Assembly: GCA_964462145.1 (NCBI GenBank)
Contig: CAYWYB010000003.1
Coordinates: forward strand, 1-45,829
Direction: 5' to 3'
DNA from: an uncultured Rhodospirillaceae bacterium
GTDB taxonomy: Bacteria > Pseudomonadota > Alphaproteobacteria > GCA-2731375
DNA: 45,829 nt
A model generated the notes under the pieces. The model saw only the letters and a program-made list of their open reading frames with translations. It searched no databases and was not told where the DNA came from. Position numbers and translations under genes: made by a program. Positions 9,992-19,206 of the stretch are shown one piece after another; position 1 is the first letter of the stretch, and each line of letters starts with the position of its first letter.

Positions 9992-10571
9992 GTGTGGCTG
10001 CGTCTTCGGGATATTTGCCCTTGATGTCCTTGTTGAAGGACTGAATTTCGACGAGGTCCTTGTCATGGTTTCCGGTTGGGTAAAATGTCGGTCCGAAGCC
10101 ACCAACCTTGCGGCTGAAATCCAAATATCCAAGGGCGATCGGTACGCCGGCGCCGTGGGCGATGTGATAAAAGCCTGATTTCCAAGCATCGACTTTTGAC
10201 CGTGTCCCTTCGGGCGGAATAATTACGATCAGGCGGTCATGTTCATTGAAGGCGTCAATCGTCGCCTGGACAATATTGTTTGCCTTGCTGCGATCAATGG
10301 GAATGCCGCCGAACCAGCGCATCACCGGCCCCGCCGGACCCTTGAACAACGCATCCTTTCCCATCCAGAATATTTCGAAGCCGAGAACAAAGGCCATCGC
10401 CACCATCAAAGGGAAATCCCAGTTGCTGGTATGCGGCGCGGCAATGAGCACATACTTATGTTCCTTTGGTGCTTCGCCAACGACCCTCCAGCCAGCCAGT
10501 CTCAGCCCAAGCCATGACAGGGCAAAGAATACGTGTCTGAGAATGACTGTTCGATAAATCGTGTTTTGCAT
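9984..10571 (-). CDS. lysophospholipid (1-acyl-sn-glycerol-3-phosphate) acyltransferase family protein
   Basis: PHTSNWD (HX4D), PIDR, PEGTRS motifs. Confidence 0.9.
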   Translation of the reverse strand: MQNTIYRTVILRHVFFALSWLGLRLAGWRVVGEAPKEHKYVLIAAPHTSNWDFPLMVAMAFVLGFEIFWMGKDALFKGPAGPVMRWFGGIPIDRSKANNIVQATIDAFNEHDRLIVIIPPEGTRSKVDAWKSGFYHIAHGAGVPIALGYLDFSRKVGGFGPTFYPTGNHDKDLVEIQSFNKDIKGKYPEDAATLN

Positions 10572-10592
10572 ATTGCAAGCCCGGAGGCCCTT

Positions 10593-11684
10593 TTAGTCCA
10601 GGCCGCCGCGGTCCACCGCCATGGCCTTGATCATGGCATGAACCTTGCGGCCCGGCACGATGTTCAGCTCCCGCTGCGAGCGTTTGGTGATGCGGGCCCA
10701 GAGTTGCGATTGGCGCGGGCCGCCAATGGCGATCAGGACATCGACCTGCGGGCCGTCGTCCGCGCCCACCTCGATCACTTCACCGGCAAAGACGTTCAGG
10801 ACACTGACCTGTTCGGGCGGTGACAGAGCCAGGCTGACGTCACGGGCATGCACCCGGATACGCAGCGGGTGGCCTGGGCTAAGGTCCAGTTGCGGCAGCC
10901 ACAGATCGCCGCCGGGAAAGGACAGCCGCGTCAACTTGTCGGCATCGTCCTGCTCCGCCACGGTCGTGCTCAATACCGCGCCCGCATCCCAGCGTCCGGT
11001 CAGGTGGCGCAGGTCGAGCCGGGCGGTGATTTCATCTACCGGGCCCTGGGCGGCGATGGCCCCGTCCGCCATGACGATCAATTGATTGGCCAGGCGCACG
11101 ATTTCATCCATGTTGTGCGAGACATAGACAATAGAAATATCGAACTCGCGCCGCAGGTTTTCGATGAACGGCAATATTTCGGCCCGGCGCGGCGCATCCA
11201 GATTGGCCAACGGTTCGTCCATCAGCAGCAATCGGGGCGCGGCCAGAATGGCCCGGCCAATGGCCACCCGCTGGCGTTCGCCGCCTGACAGGGTCGTGGG
11301 CCGCCGTGAGAGCAGAGGCCGCAAGGCCAGCAGATCCACCACAGCGTCATAGTCGACCAGAGCAACGCCCTTGGGCACCAATGCCCGGCCATAAGACAGA
11401 TTGCCGGCCACGCTCATATGGGGGAACAGGCGGCTCTCTTGAAAGACATAGCCCAGGCGCCGTTGCTCGGGCGGTAGGTCGATGTTCTGTTCGCTGTCGA
11501 ACAGTACCTGCTCCCGCACCTCGATGCGGCCCTGGCTGGGGCGTTCTAAACCGGCAAGCATATTGACCAGAGAGGTCTTGCCGGCGCCCGAGGGGCCGAA
11601 CAGGGCGGTGATCCCGGCCTCGGCCTGAAACGCTGCCTTGATTTGGAAATCGCCAACGGTGGCATGCAGATCCACGTTCAGCAT
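10593..11684 (-). CDS. modC: molybdate ABC transporter ATP-binding protein
   Basis: GPSGAGKT, LSGGERQR, LLMDEP, C-terminal TOBE (SVLNVF); ATG at 11684 overlaps the modB stop. Confidence 0.93.
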   Translation of the reverse strand: MLNVDLHATVGDFQIKAAFQAEAGITALFGPSGAGKTSLVNMLAGLERPSQGRIEVREQVLFDSEQNIDLPPEQRRLGYVFQESRLFPHMSVAGNLSYGRALVPKGVALVDYDAVVDLLALRPLLSRRPTTLSGGERQRVAIGRAILAAPRLLLMDEPLANLDAPRRAEILPFIENLRREFDISIVYVSHNMDEIVRLANQLIVMADGAIAAQGPVDEITARLDLRHLTGRWDAGAVLSTTVAEQDDADKLTRLSFPGGDLWLPQLDLSPGHPLRIRVHARDVSLALSPPEQVSVLNVFAGEVIEVGADDGPQVDVLIAIGGPRQSQLWARITKRSQRELNIVPGRKVHAMIKAMAVDRGGLD

Positions 11685-12373
11685 CACGATAACCCGATCC
11701 GCTTGGACACTTGCCTGGCCAGGTATTGCGAGGCCACCAGGGCAATGATGGCCAGGGCGACGGAGATCAATGCCAGACGGGTGGCGGCGGCCTCGCCGCC
11801 CGGTATTTGCAGGGCGGTGTAAAGTGCCAGGGGCAGGGTGCGGGTTTCGCCGGGTACGTTGGCGGCGAAGGTTATGGTGGCGCCGAATTCGCCGAGGCAG
11901 CGGATGAACGACAGTAGAACGCCGGTCAATATGCCCGGCGCGGTCAAGGGCAGGGTGATGGTCAGGAAGACCCGGCCCGGTTTGGCGCCCAGGGTTTGCG
12001 CGGCGGTCTCCAGGCGGCGGTCCACCGCCTCCATGGACAGGCGGACGGCGCGCACCAGCAGGGGGAAGGCCATGACGGCGGCGGCCAGAGCCGCGCCGCG
12101 CCATGAGAACACCATATTGATGCCGAACCAGTCATGCAGCCATGCCCCCACCGGACCGGTGCGCCCGAACAGCACCAGCAGCACGTAGCCCAGGGCAACG
12201 GGCGGTAGCACCAGCGGCAGATGTACGATACCGTCCAGCAAGGCCTTGCCCGGAAACTCCCGCCGCGCCAACAGCCAGGCCACGGCGATGCCCAGGGGCA
12301 GGCTGCAGGCTACGGCCCACAGCGCCACTTTCAGTGATAGAGACAGTGCCTCGATTTCTAACGGACTTAGCAT
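11684..12373 (-). CDS. modB: molybdate ABC transporter permease
   Basis: HLPLVLPPV, GEFGATITF, PGETRTLPLA. Confidence 0.95.
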   Translation of the reverse strand: MLSPLEIEALSLSLKVALWAVACSLPLGIAVAWLLARREFPGKALLDGIVHLPLVLPPVALGYVLLVLFGRTGPVGAWLHDWFGINMVFSWRGAALAAAVMAFPLLVRAVRLSMEAVDRRLETAAQTLGAKPGRVFLTITLPLTAPGILTGVLLSFIRCLGEFGATITFAANVPGETRTLPLALYTALQIPGGEAAATRLALISVALAIIALVASQYLARQVSKRIGLS

Positions 12374-12383
12374 CCCCTAGCTC

Positions 12384-13151
12384 TTACCGGGGCTTGGGCA
12401 GAAAGGTAAAGCCATATTGTTCGAAGACTGCTTTCGCCGCGCCGCTCTGGAGATAGAGAAAAGCCTTGCGGGCGAGGGGGCTGTCGTTCTCCCGCACCAG
12501 CGCCAAAGGGTATCGGATCGCATCATGGCTGCCTTTGGGAAAGACCGCCGCCTGATGCAGATTGTCGTAGACCCGGCCGTCGCTGGCGTAGGCGATGGCA
12601 TAGCGACCTTGGCCGCGCACCAACAACGCCAGGGCGTTGCGGACCGAGGCGCCATAGACAGTGCGTGACTGCACTGAGGGCCAGAGTTTCAGATGCCGCA
12701 GGGCCTGGCGGCCATAACGGCCGGCGGGCACATGTTCCGGATCGCCCATGATCAGATGCTCGGCCCCCAATGCCCGCGGCAGAGCGTCAGGATCGCTCAG
12801 GTCAATGGCATCGTCATCGCGGCCCAGCAGCACCAGGCGGTTGCCCAGCAGGTTAACCTGGCCATCCCTGGCAATCAGGCCGCGTTTCTCGAGATAGGCC
12901 GTCCAGTCCAGATTGGCCGAAAGAAACAAATGCGCCGGCGCCCCGGCGGCAATATGTTTGGCCAGGGTCGAGGACGCGGCGAAGGTGGGCCGCAGGGTCA
13001 GGCCATGATCCCGACGTATGGCCGCAGCCAGGGCAGTCACCGCCTCCGTCGTCGAGGCGGCGGCCAGAATATCGATGGTCTGCGTCCGTCCGGGGCCGGC
13101 TGTCAGCAGCAGGGCGATCGCGCAAAGACAGCCCCATATGCGCGATCTCAC
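12384..13151 (-). CDS. modA: molybdate ABC transporter substrate-binding protein
   Basis: signal peptide, AAAS, FAASSTLA, FLSAN, VPAGRYG; adjacent to modBC. Confidence 0.9.
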   Translation of the reverse strand: MRSRIWGCLCAIALLLTAGPGRTQTIDILAAASTTEAVTALAAAIRRDHGLTLRPTFAASSTLAKHIAAGAPAHLFLSANLDWTAYLEKRGLIARDGQVNLLGNRLVLLGRDDDAIDLSDPDALPRALGAEHLIMGDPEHVPAGRYGRQALRHLKLWPSVQSRTVYGASVRNALALLVRGQGRYAIAYASDGRVYDNLHQAAVFPKGSHDAIRYPLALVRENDSPLARKAFLYLQSGAAKAVFEQYGFTFLPKPR

Positions 13152-13165
13152 GGTGCCCGATCCTT

Positions 13166-14341
13166 TTACAATGCCGCGTTCAGGCGTTTGAAGCCCGCAT
13201 CCAGATCGGCGATCAGGTCATCGGGATCTTCCAGGCCGATGTGGAAGCGTAGACACGGGCCTTCATAAGGCCAGGACGTGACCGAACGCATGGAGTTGGG
13301 ATCCTGCGGCAGGATCAGGCTTTCATAGCCGCCCCACGACGCCCCCATGCCGAACAGTTCCAGATCATCGATCAAGGCGCCCAAGGCTGCCCGCGGACAA
13401 GGCTTCAGCGTGGTGCCGAATAGGCCGGAGGCGCCGAGGAAGTCGCGCTTCCACAACTTGTGGCCCGGATCGTCGGGCAGGGCGGGGTGCATGACGCATT
13501 CGACCATATCCTGGCCTTTTAGCCATTCGGCCACCTTCAGGCCGTTTTCCCAGTGCTGTTTCAAGCGTACCGACAGGGTCCGCATGCCGCGCTGGGCCAG
13601 ATATACATCGTCAGGCCCGGCGGTGTGCCCCAGCATGCGCGAGGTAACCTCAAGCTCTGGCCAGGCCGCCTCGTTGGCGCAGGCGGTGCCGATCATGACG
13701 TCGGAATGGCCGACGATATACTTGGTGCCGGCCTGGATCGAGACATCCACGCCAAGGGTGAACGGCTTGCAATACAACGGCGAGGCCCAGGTGTTGTCCA
13801 TCAGGACGGTGCAGCCCTTGGCGTGCGCGGCCTCGGCTATAGCCGGGATATCCTGCATCACGAAGGTCTGTGATCCCGGCGCCTCTACATAGACGACCTT
13901 GGTGTTGTCCTGGATTAGGTCCGCGATACCGGTGCCGATGGCGGGATCATAAAAGGTGGTGTCGACATTGATCCGTTTGGCCAGAGTATTGCAAAAGCGC
14001 CGCGTCGGGCCATAGACGCTGTCCACCATCAGAATATGGTCGCCGGCCTCAACAAAGGACATCAGCGAGGCGACAATGGCAGCCAGGCCGGAGGGATAGA
14101 CCATGGCCCGATGGCCGCCCTCGACGGCGCAGACCATGTCTTCCAGCGAGAATGTGGTGGGCGTTCCCGCGCGACCGTAATAGACGCCCCGTTCGCCCTT
14201 TTCGCGCCGAGCCCTTGAGGCGTCAAGCGCGGCCACGGTCGGATAAAGCACCGTGGATGCGTGATAGACCGGGGGGTTAACAATGCCAAGGTTGTTCTCC
14301 GGGTCGCGGCCAGCCGTGACCAATTTCGTTTCGTCTTTCAT
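13166..14341 (-). CDS. metC: cystathionine beta-lyase
   Basis: NPPVYHASTV, YGRAGTPT, DNTWA, PLP lysine in QAGTKYIVGHSD, GASWGGYESL. Confidence 0.93.
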   Translation of the reverse strand: MKDETKLVTAGRDPENNLGIVNPPVYHASTVLYPTVAALDASRARREKGERGVYYGRAGTPTTFSLEDMVCAVEGGHRAMVYPSGLAAIVASLMSFVEAGDHILMVDSVYGPTRRFCNTLAKRINVDTTFYDPAIGTGIADLIQDNTKVVYVEAPGSQTFVMQDIPAIAEAAHAKGCTVLMDNTWASPLYCKPFTLGVDVSIQAGTKYIVGHSDVMIGTACANEAAWPELEVTSRMLGHTAGPDDVYLAQRGMRTLSVRLKQHWENGLKVAEWLKGQDMVECVMHPALPDDPGHKLWKRDFLGASGLFGTTLKPCPRAALGALIDDLELFGMGASWGGYESLILPQDPNSMRSVTSWPYEGPCLRFHIGLEDPDDLIADLDAGFKRLNAAL

Positions 14342-14499
14342 GGGTACAATTCTCAATCATTTGCGGGGGAGGGCCAGAGACCCGAATGGCGTTAAAGGCA
14401 TAATGCCATTACGGTCATCGCGGCGCTAATTTATTTATCACCGCGCTTATTGTATCTGGTTGTCGCACGCTTGATTGTTTGTTACCGTTCGTAACGTTT

Positions 14500-14566
14500 G
14501 CGCATTATTTGACAAAGCAAAAATGCGCGGCAAGGAACAGAACGCGGTATTCTGTTTTAAATACCG
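14500..14566. promoter_or_regulatory. two inverted repeats in the metC/aapJ divergent control region
   Basis: GCGCATT...AATGCGC (14500-14528) and CGGTATT...AATACCG (14545-14566) in an AT-rich spacer. Confidence 0.4.
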
Positions 14567-14614
14567 TGACGAAAGCGTTTACGAAACAACGTTGATAACA
14601 GGGAAGATCAATCA

Positions 14615-15631
14615 ATGAAAAATGTAGCAATTCTGACATTGGGTGTCGGTGCGGCGATGTTCGCCACGGCGGCCTATGCCGGCATGGTGGATGACATCAA
14701 GAAACGTGGAGAGCTGATTTGCGGCGTCACCACGGGCCTGGCCGGCTTTGCGGCGCCCAATGACAAGGGCGAATGGGCTGGTTTCGACGTGGATATCTGC
14801 CGCGCCGTTGCAGCGGGCGTCCTTGGCGATGCCAAGAAAGTCAAATTCGTGCCGACCACGGGCAAAAGCCGTTTTCCGACCTTGCAGTCCGGCGAAGTGG
14901 ACATGCTGTCCCGGAACACCACCTGGACCTTTGACCGGGACGTGAAGCTTGGCTTTGAGTTTGCTGGCGTCAACTTCTATGACGGCCAGGGCTTCATGGT
15001 TCGCAAGGATCTTGGCGTCAAATCCGCCCTGGAACTCGACGGCGCCACGGTTTGCGTCGCGACCGGTTCCACCACGGAATTGAACCTGGGTGATTACTTC
15101 CGCGCCAACAATATGAAATATGTGCCGGTGGTTTTCGAAAAATCCGATGAAATCCGCGCCGGTTACATTGCTGGCCGTTGCGATGCCTACACCACTGACC
15201 GTTCAGGTCTGGCTGCCCAACGTTCGCAGATGCCGAACCCGGATGCCCACGTGGTCCTGCCCGAGGTGATCTCGAAAGAGCCCCTGGGTCCCTTGGTCCG
15301 TCATGGCGATAACCAGTGGGGCGATGTTGTCCGCTGGACCTTGAATGTCTTGATTATTGCCGAGGAAAAAGGCCTGACATCAGCTAACGTGGATAGCATG
15401 AAGGGCTCGACCAACGATCCCGAAGTGAAGCGTCTGCTGGGCTTGGAAGGTGAGTATGGCGCGCGTCTGGGCCTGCCCAACGACTGGGCTTTGAATATCA
15501 TCAAGCAGGTCGGCAATTATGGCGAAAGTTATGAGCGCAACATCGGTCCGAATACGCCGATCGGTCTGACCCGTGGCGTCAATGCGGCCTGGAACAAGGG
15601 TGGTATCCTTTATTCAGCGCCGTTCCGTTGA
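14615..15631 (+). CDS. aapJ: general L-amino acid ABC transporter substrate-binding protein
   Basis: GFDVDICRAVA, RNTTWT, YDGQGFMV, ISKEPLGP, VGNYGE. Confidence 0.93.
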   Translation: MKNVAILTLGVGAAMFATAAYAGMVDDIKKRGELICGVTTGLAGFAAPNDKGEWAGFDVDICRAVAAGVLGDAKKVKFVPTTGKSRFPTLQSGEVDMLSRNTTWTFDRDVKLGFEFAGVNFYDGQGFMVRKDLGVKSALELDGATVCVATGSTTELNLGDYFRANNMKYVPVVFEKSDEIRAGYIAGRCDAYTTDRSGLAAQRSQMPNPDAHVVLPEVISKEPLGPLVRHGDNQWGDVVRWTLNVLIIAEEKGLTSANVDSMKGSTNDPEVKRLLGLEGEYGARLGLPNDWALNIIKQVGNYGESYERNIGPNTPIGLTRGVNAAWNKGGILYSAPFR

Positions 15632-15684
15632 TCACTGGCTTGATCACTGTTTTGGTCAAGATTTCATGATCAAGGCTTTGATAG

Positions 15685-15748
15685 CCGTCTAGATGATGGC
15701 GCGTCCCGCCCTATATTGGGTTGGGCGCGCCGCATCAGACGGTTTTTC
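15685..15748 (+). terminator. intercistronic stem-loop with T-tract after aapJ
   Basis: CCGTCT/AGACGG, GATG/CATC and GGCGCG/CGCGCC pairings followed by TTTTT. Confidence 0.65.
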
Positions 15749-15855
15749 TATTTCTGAACAGATACGCTCGGCGGAAAAATAAGCCGCTCAAGGTAAACCG
15801 TCCGCGCTGTAATCGAGTTCTACGACTGTGCAATTGTCAGGCAACGGGGGGTGTG

Positions 15856-17043
15856 ATGGCCGTAGCCGAAGGTGGGGTGAAACCCGGGAAGGCCTCGTTC
15901 CTTTATGACGCGCGTGTGCGCGCGATTATATATCAAGTCATAATGGCCGGCGCCGTGGTGATATTTTTCGCCTGGTTGACTGTGAATACGCTGGATAACC
16001 TGGAACAGCGGGGCATCGCCAGCGGTTTCGAATTCCTCAATCATCCGGCAGGATTCGGGGTGCCGTTTTCCCTGATCGAATATTCCGAGGCTTCGCCCTA
16101 TCGGACGGTATTTATTCTTGGTGTTTTGAACACCTTGTTCGTGTCCTTTGTGGGCATCATTCTTGCCACCATTCTAGGCTTTACCTTGGGCGTCATGCGC
16201 CTGTCGAAGAACTATCTGATTTCGCGCATCGCCGCTATTTACCTGGAAACCTTTCGCAATATCCCGCTGCTGTTGCAGATTTTGTTCTGGTATATCGGCG
16301 TGCTGCAATTGATGCCGCAACAGCGCAGCTCGATCATTATTTTTGACAATGTATTCGTTAATAACCGCGGTATCTTTTACCCCGCGATGCAGGCCGAATC
16401 CGGCTTTATGGCGATACCCATCGCCTTTCTCGTGGGGGTTGTCGCGACATTCATTTTGCGCGCCTGGGTCAAGCGCCGGCGTGACGCGACCGGTCAGGGT
16501 TTTCCAACCATCTGGGTCGGTCTGGGCCTGATCTTTGGCCTGCCCATTGTCGTCGCACTGGTGACGGGACTGCCCTGGACGTGGAGCCTGCCGCGTCTGC
16601 AAGGCTTTGGCTTCAAAGGCGGTTCGGTGATTATTCCGGAATTCCTGGCCTTGTTGCTGGCCCTGACCATCTATACCGCCGCCTTCATTGGTGAAATTGT
16701 CCGGGCTGGCATTCAAGCGGTTTCGCACGGGCAGACGGAAGCGGCCCATGCCCTGGGCATCAAACCCAGCACGACCCTGCGGCTGGTGGTCATTCCACAG
16801 GCCATGCGGATCATCATCCCGCCGTTGATTTCGCAATATCTGAACCTGGTGAAGAACTCTTCGCTGGCGCCCGCTATTGGCTATCCGGAAATGACGCAGG
16901 TCTGGGCCGGCACGGTTTTAAACCAATCAGGACAGGCCCTTGAATGTATCGCCATGGTGATGGGGACCTACTGCATCATATCGTTGAGTATCTCGGGCGT
17001 TATGAATTGGTACAATGCGCGTGTCGCATTGGTGGGGAGGTGA
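15856..17043 (+). CDS. aapQ: general L-amino acid ABC transporter permease
   Basis: FRNIPLLLQ, EIVRAGIQAVSHGQTEAA, KNSSLA..IGYP. Confidence 0.92.
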   Translation: MAVAEGGVKPGKASFLYDARVRAIIYQVIMAGAVVIFFAWLTVNTLDNLEQRGIASGFEFLNHPAGFGVPFSLIEYSEASPYRTVFILGVLNTLFVSFVGIILATILGFTLGVMRLSKNYLISRIAAIYLETFRNIPLLLQILFWYIGVLQLMPQQRSSIIIFDNVFVNNRGIFYPAMQAESGFMAIPIAFLVGVVATFILRAWVKRRRDATGQGFPTIWVGLGLIFGLPIVVALVTGLPWTWSLPRLQGFGFKGGSVIIPEFLALLLALTIYTAAFIGEIVRAGIQAVSHGQTEAAHALGIKPSTTLRLVVIPQAMRIIIPPLISQYLNLVKNSSLAPAIGYPEMTQVWAGTVLNQSGQALECIAMVMGTYCIISLSISGVMNWYNARVALVGR

Positions 17044-17047
17044 CGCC

Positions 17048-18373
17048 ATGAGCCGGACAGATTTTGGCGAAACCGAACCGGTCTTCGTGCCGAAGCCGGA
17101 CCTGCCGCCGCCCGCCAGCACGGTTGGTATAATCGGCTGGGTGCGGAACAATTTGATGCCGGACTGGTTCAACGGCGCCATGACGGTGGTAGCGTTGGTC
17201 GCGCTGTATTTTGTTATTCCGCCGATCATCAATTGGTCCTTGCTGGATGCCCATTTCGTCGGTGACAGCCGCAAGGCCTGCAAACCGAATGTAAAAATCA
17301 TCCGTGATCAGGTCGCGACCAAGGGCATTATGCCCGACGGCAGCACCATGGAAGTGACGACCTCGGCCGACCGTATCGTCGTTCCGGAAGGGGTGACCCC
17401 CAACGTGCGTTGGGAACGGCGCATGGTGGAAGGCGTGGTCCGGGCCAAGGGCCGGGAATACGCCAAGGTGGTGGTCGAGAAAGACGTGATCATAGAGGGC
17501 GCCTGTTGGGTATTCGTCGGCGTCCGTTTCGACCAGTTCATCTATGGCTTCTACCCCAAATCGGAACGCTGGCGACCGACCGTGGTGATCGGTGTCGGCC
17601 TGCTGCTGATCATCTATATGCTGACGGACGGTTTGCCCCATCGGGGCCGGGTCGCCATGTTCCTGCTGATCCCTTTCCCCGTCATTGCCTTCTTTATGTT
17701 CTCGGGCGGTGTCCTGGGCATGCCCCATGTGGACAATTCCAAATGGGGCGGTCTGGTTTTGACCATTATCATATCATCGGTGGCCATAACGGGGGCATTG
17801 CCGCTGGGGGTCGCCCTGGCCTTGGGCCGACGCAGCCAGATGCCGATTATCCGCTGGTTCTGTGTTCTGGTGATCGAATTCTTCCGGTCCGTTCCGATGA
17901 TCACTATCCTGTTCATGGCGCTGGTGGTGCTGCCGCTGTTCCTGCCGCCGGGCACCACTTTCGATCAGTTGCTGCGTGTCCTGATCGGTGTAACGATCTT
18001 CATCGCCGCCTATACGGCTGAGGTCGTGCGCGGTGGCCTGCAGGCCCTGCCCAAGGGGCAGTACGAGGCGGCGGATGCCCTTGGGTTGGGATATTGGAAG
18101 ATGATGCGCCTGATTATTCTACCGCAGGCCCTGCGCATCATGATCCCGGCGATCGTCTCGCTGTTTATCGGCATCTTCAAGGATACCACGCTGGTGCAGA
18201 TCGTCGGCCTGAATGATCTGTTGACCATGGTGCAGCTGGCGGTCACCGATGCTCAGTGGATCGGCCTATCCAAGGAAGGTTATTTCTTCTGCGGCTTTGT
18301 CTTCTTCATGTTCTGCTTCTCCATGTCGCGGTATTCCATGTACCTCGAACGCAAACTCCACACTGGTCACTAA
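17048..18373 (+). CDS. aapM: general L-amino acid ABC transporter permease with enlarged periplasmic loop
   Basis: GACW, YGFYP..ERWR, WGGL, LALGRRS, GGLQALPKGQYEAA, FKDTTLV. Confidence 0.92.
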   Translation: MSRTDFGETEPVFVPKPDLPPPASTVGIIGWVRNNLMPDWFNGAMTVVALVALYFVIPPIINWSLLDAHFVGDSRKACKPNVKIIRDQVATKGIMPDGSTMEVTTSADRIVVPEGVTPNVRWERRMVEGVVRAKGREYAKVVVEKDVIIEGACWVFVGVRFDQFIYGFYPKSERWRPTVVIGVGLLLIIYMLTDGLPHRGRVAMFLLIPFPVIAFFMFSGGVLGMPHVDNSKWGGLVLTIIISSVAITGALPLGVALALGRRSQMPIIRWFCVLVIEFFRSVPMITILFMALVVLPLFLPPGTTFDQLLRVLIGVTIFIAAYTAEVVRGGLQALPKGQYEAADALGLGYWKMMRLIILPQALRIMIPAIVSLFIGIFKDTTLVQIVGLNDLLTMVQLAVTDAQWIGLSKEGYFFCGFVFFMFCFSMSRYSMYLERKLHTGH

Positions 18374-18409
18374 GCGGCCACTTATAGGCCAGGGAAAGAG
18401 AGATACCTC

Positions 18410-19201
18410 ATGAGCGATAGCGCAACGGATATCGATGTTGATCAATCAAGAATGAAGATCTCGGACGAGGTCGCCATTCAAATCACAGGCATGCACAAAT
18501 GGTACGGTTCATTTCATGTCCTCAAGGACATCAATCTGACCGTCAATCAGGGCGAACGCATTGTTGTCTGCGGCCCTTCGGGTTCAGGTAAATCAACCCT
18601 GATCCGTTGCATCAACCGCCTGGAGGAACATCAGCAGGGCCAGATCTTTGTTGATAATGTGGAGCTCACCAACGATCTGAAAAACATCGACACCGTGCGC
18701 CGGGAAGTCGGCATGGTGTTTCAACACTTCAATCTATTTCCTCATCTGACTGTGTTGGAAAACTGTACCCTGGCGCCGATCTGGGTGCGCAAAATGCCCA
18801 AGTCCGAGGCCGAGGAAATCGGTATGCGGTTCCTGGAAACCGTACGTATTCCCGAACAGGCCGACAAGTTCCCGGGCCAGCTGTCGGGCGGGCAGCAACA
18901 GCGTGTGGCCATCGCGCGTTCATTGTGCATGAACCCGCGCATCATGCTGTTTGATGAGCCGACCTCGGCCCTTGATCCGGAAATGATCAAGGAAGTGTTG
19001 GAGGTGATGATCCATCTGGCCGAGGAAGGCATGACCATGATCTGCGTGACCCATGAAATGGGTTTCGCGCGCAAGGTTGCCAACCGGGTGATCTTCATGG
19101 ATCAGGGCGAGATCGTCGAACAGAACGAGCCGGAAGAATTCTTCAACAACCCGAAATCCGACCGCACCCAGCTTTTCCTAAGCCAGATCCTGTCGCACTA
19201 G
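18410..19201 (+). CDS. aapP: general L-amino acid ABC transporter ATP-binding protein
   Basis: [29 protein letters not shown]. Confidence 0.95.
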   Translation: MSDSATDIDVDQSRMKISDEVAIQITGMHKWYGSFHVLKDINLTVNQGERIVVCGPSGSGKSTLIRCINRLEEHQQGQIFVDNVELTNDLKNIDTVRREVGMVFQHFNLFPHLTVLENCTLAPIWVRKMPKSEAEEIGMRFLETVRIPEQADKFPGQLSGGQQQRVAIARSLCMNPRIMLFDEPTSALDPEMIKEVLEVMIHLAEEGMTMICVTHEMGFARKVANRVIFMDQGEIVEQNEPEEFFNNPKSDRTQLFLSQILSH

Positions 19202-19206
19202 ATGGG

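Noticed and set aside
11685-12104. 140-aa N-terminal extension of ModC in the ORF track
   Set aside because: Overlaps modB out of frame; the real start is the ATG coupled to the modB stop at 11684
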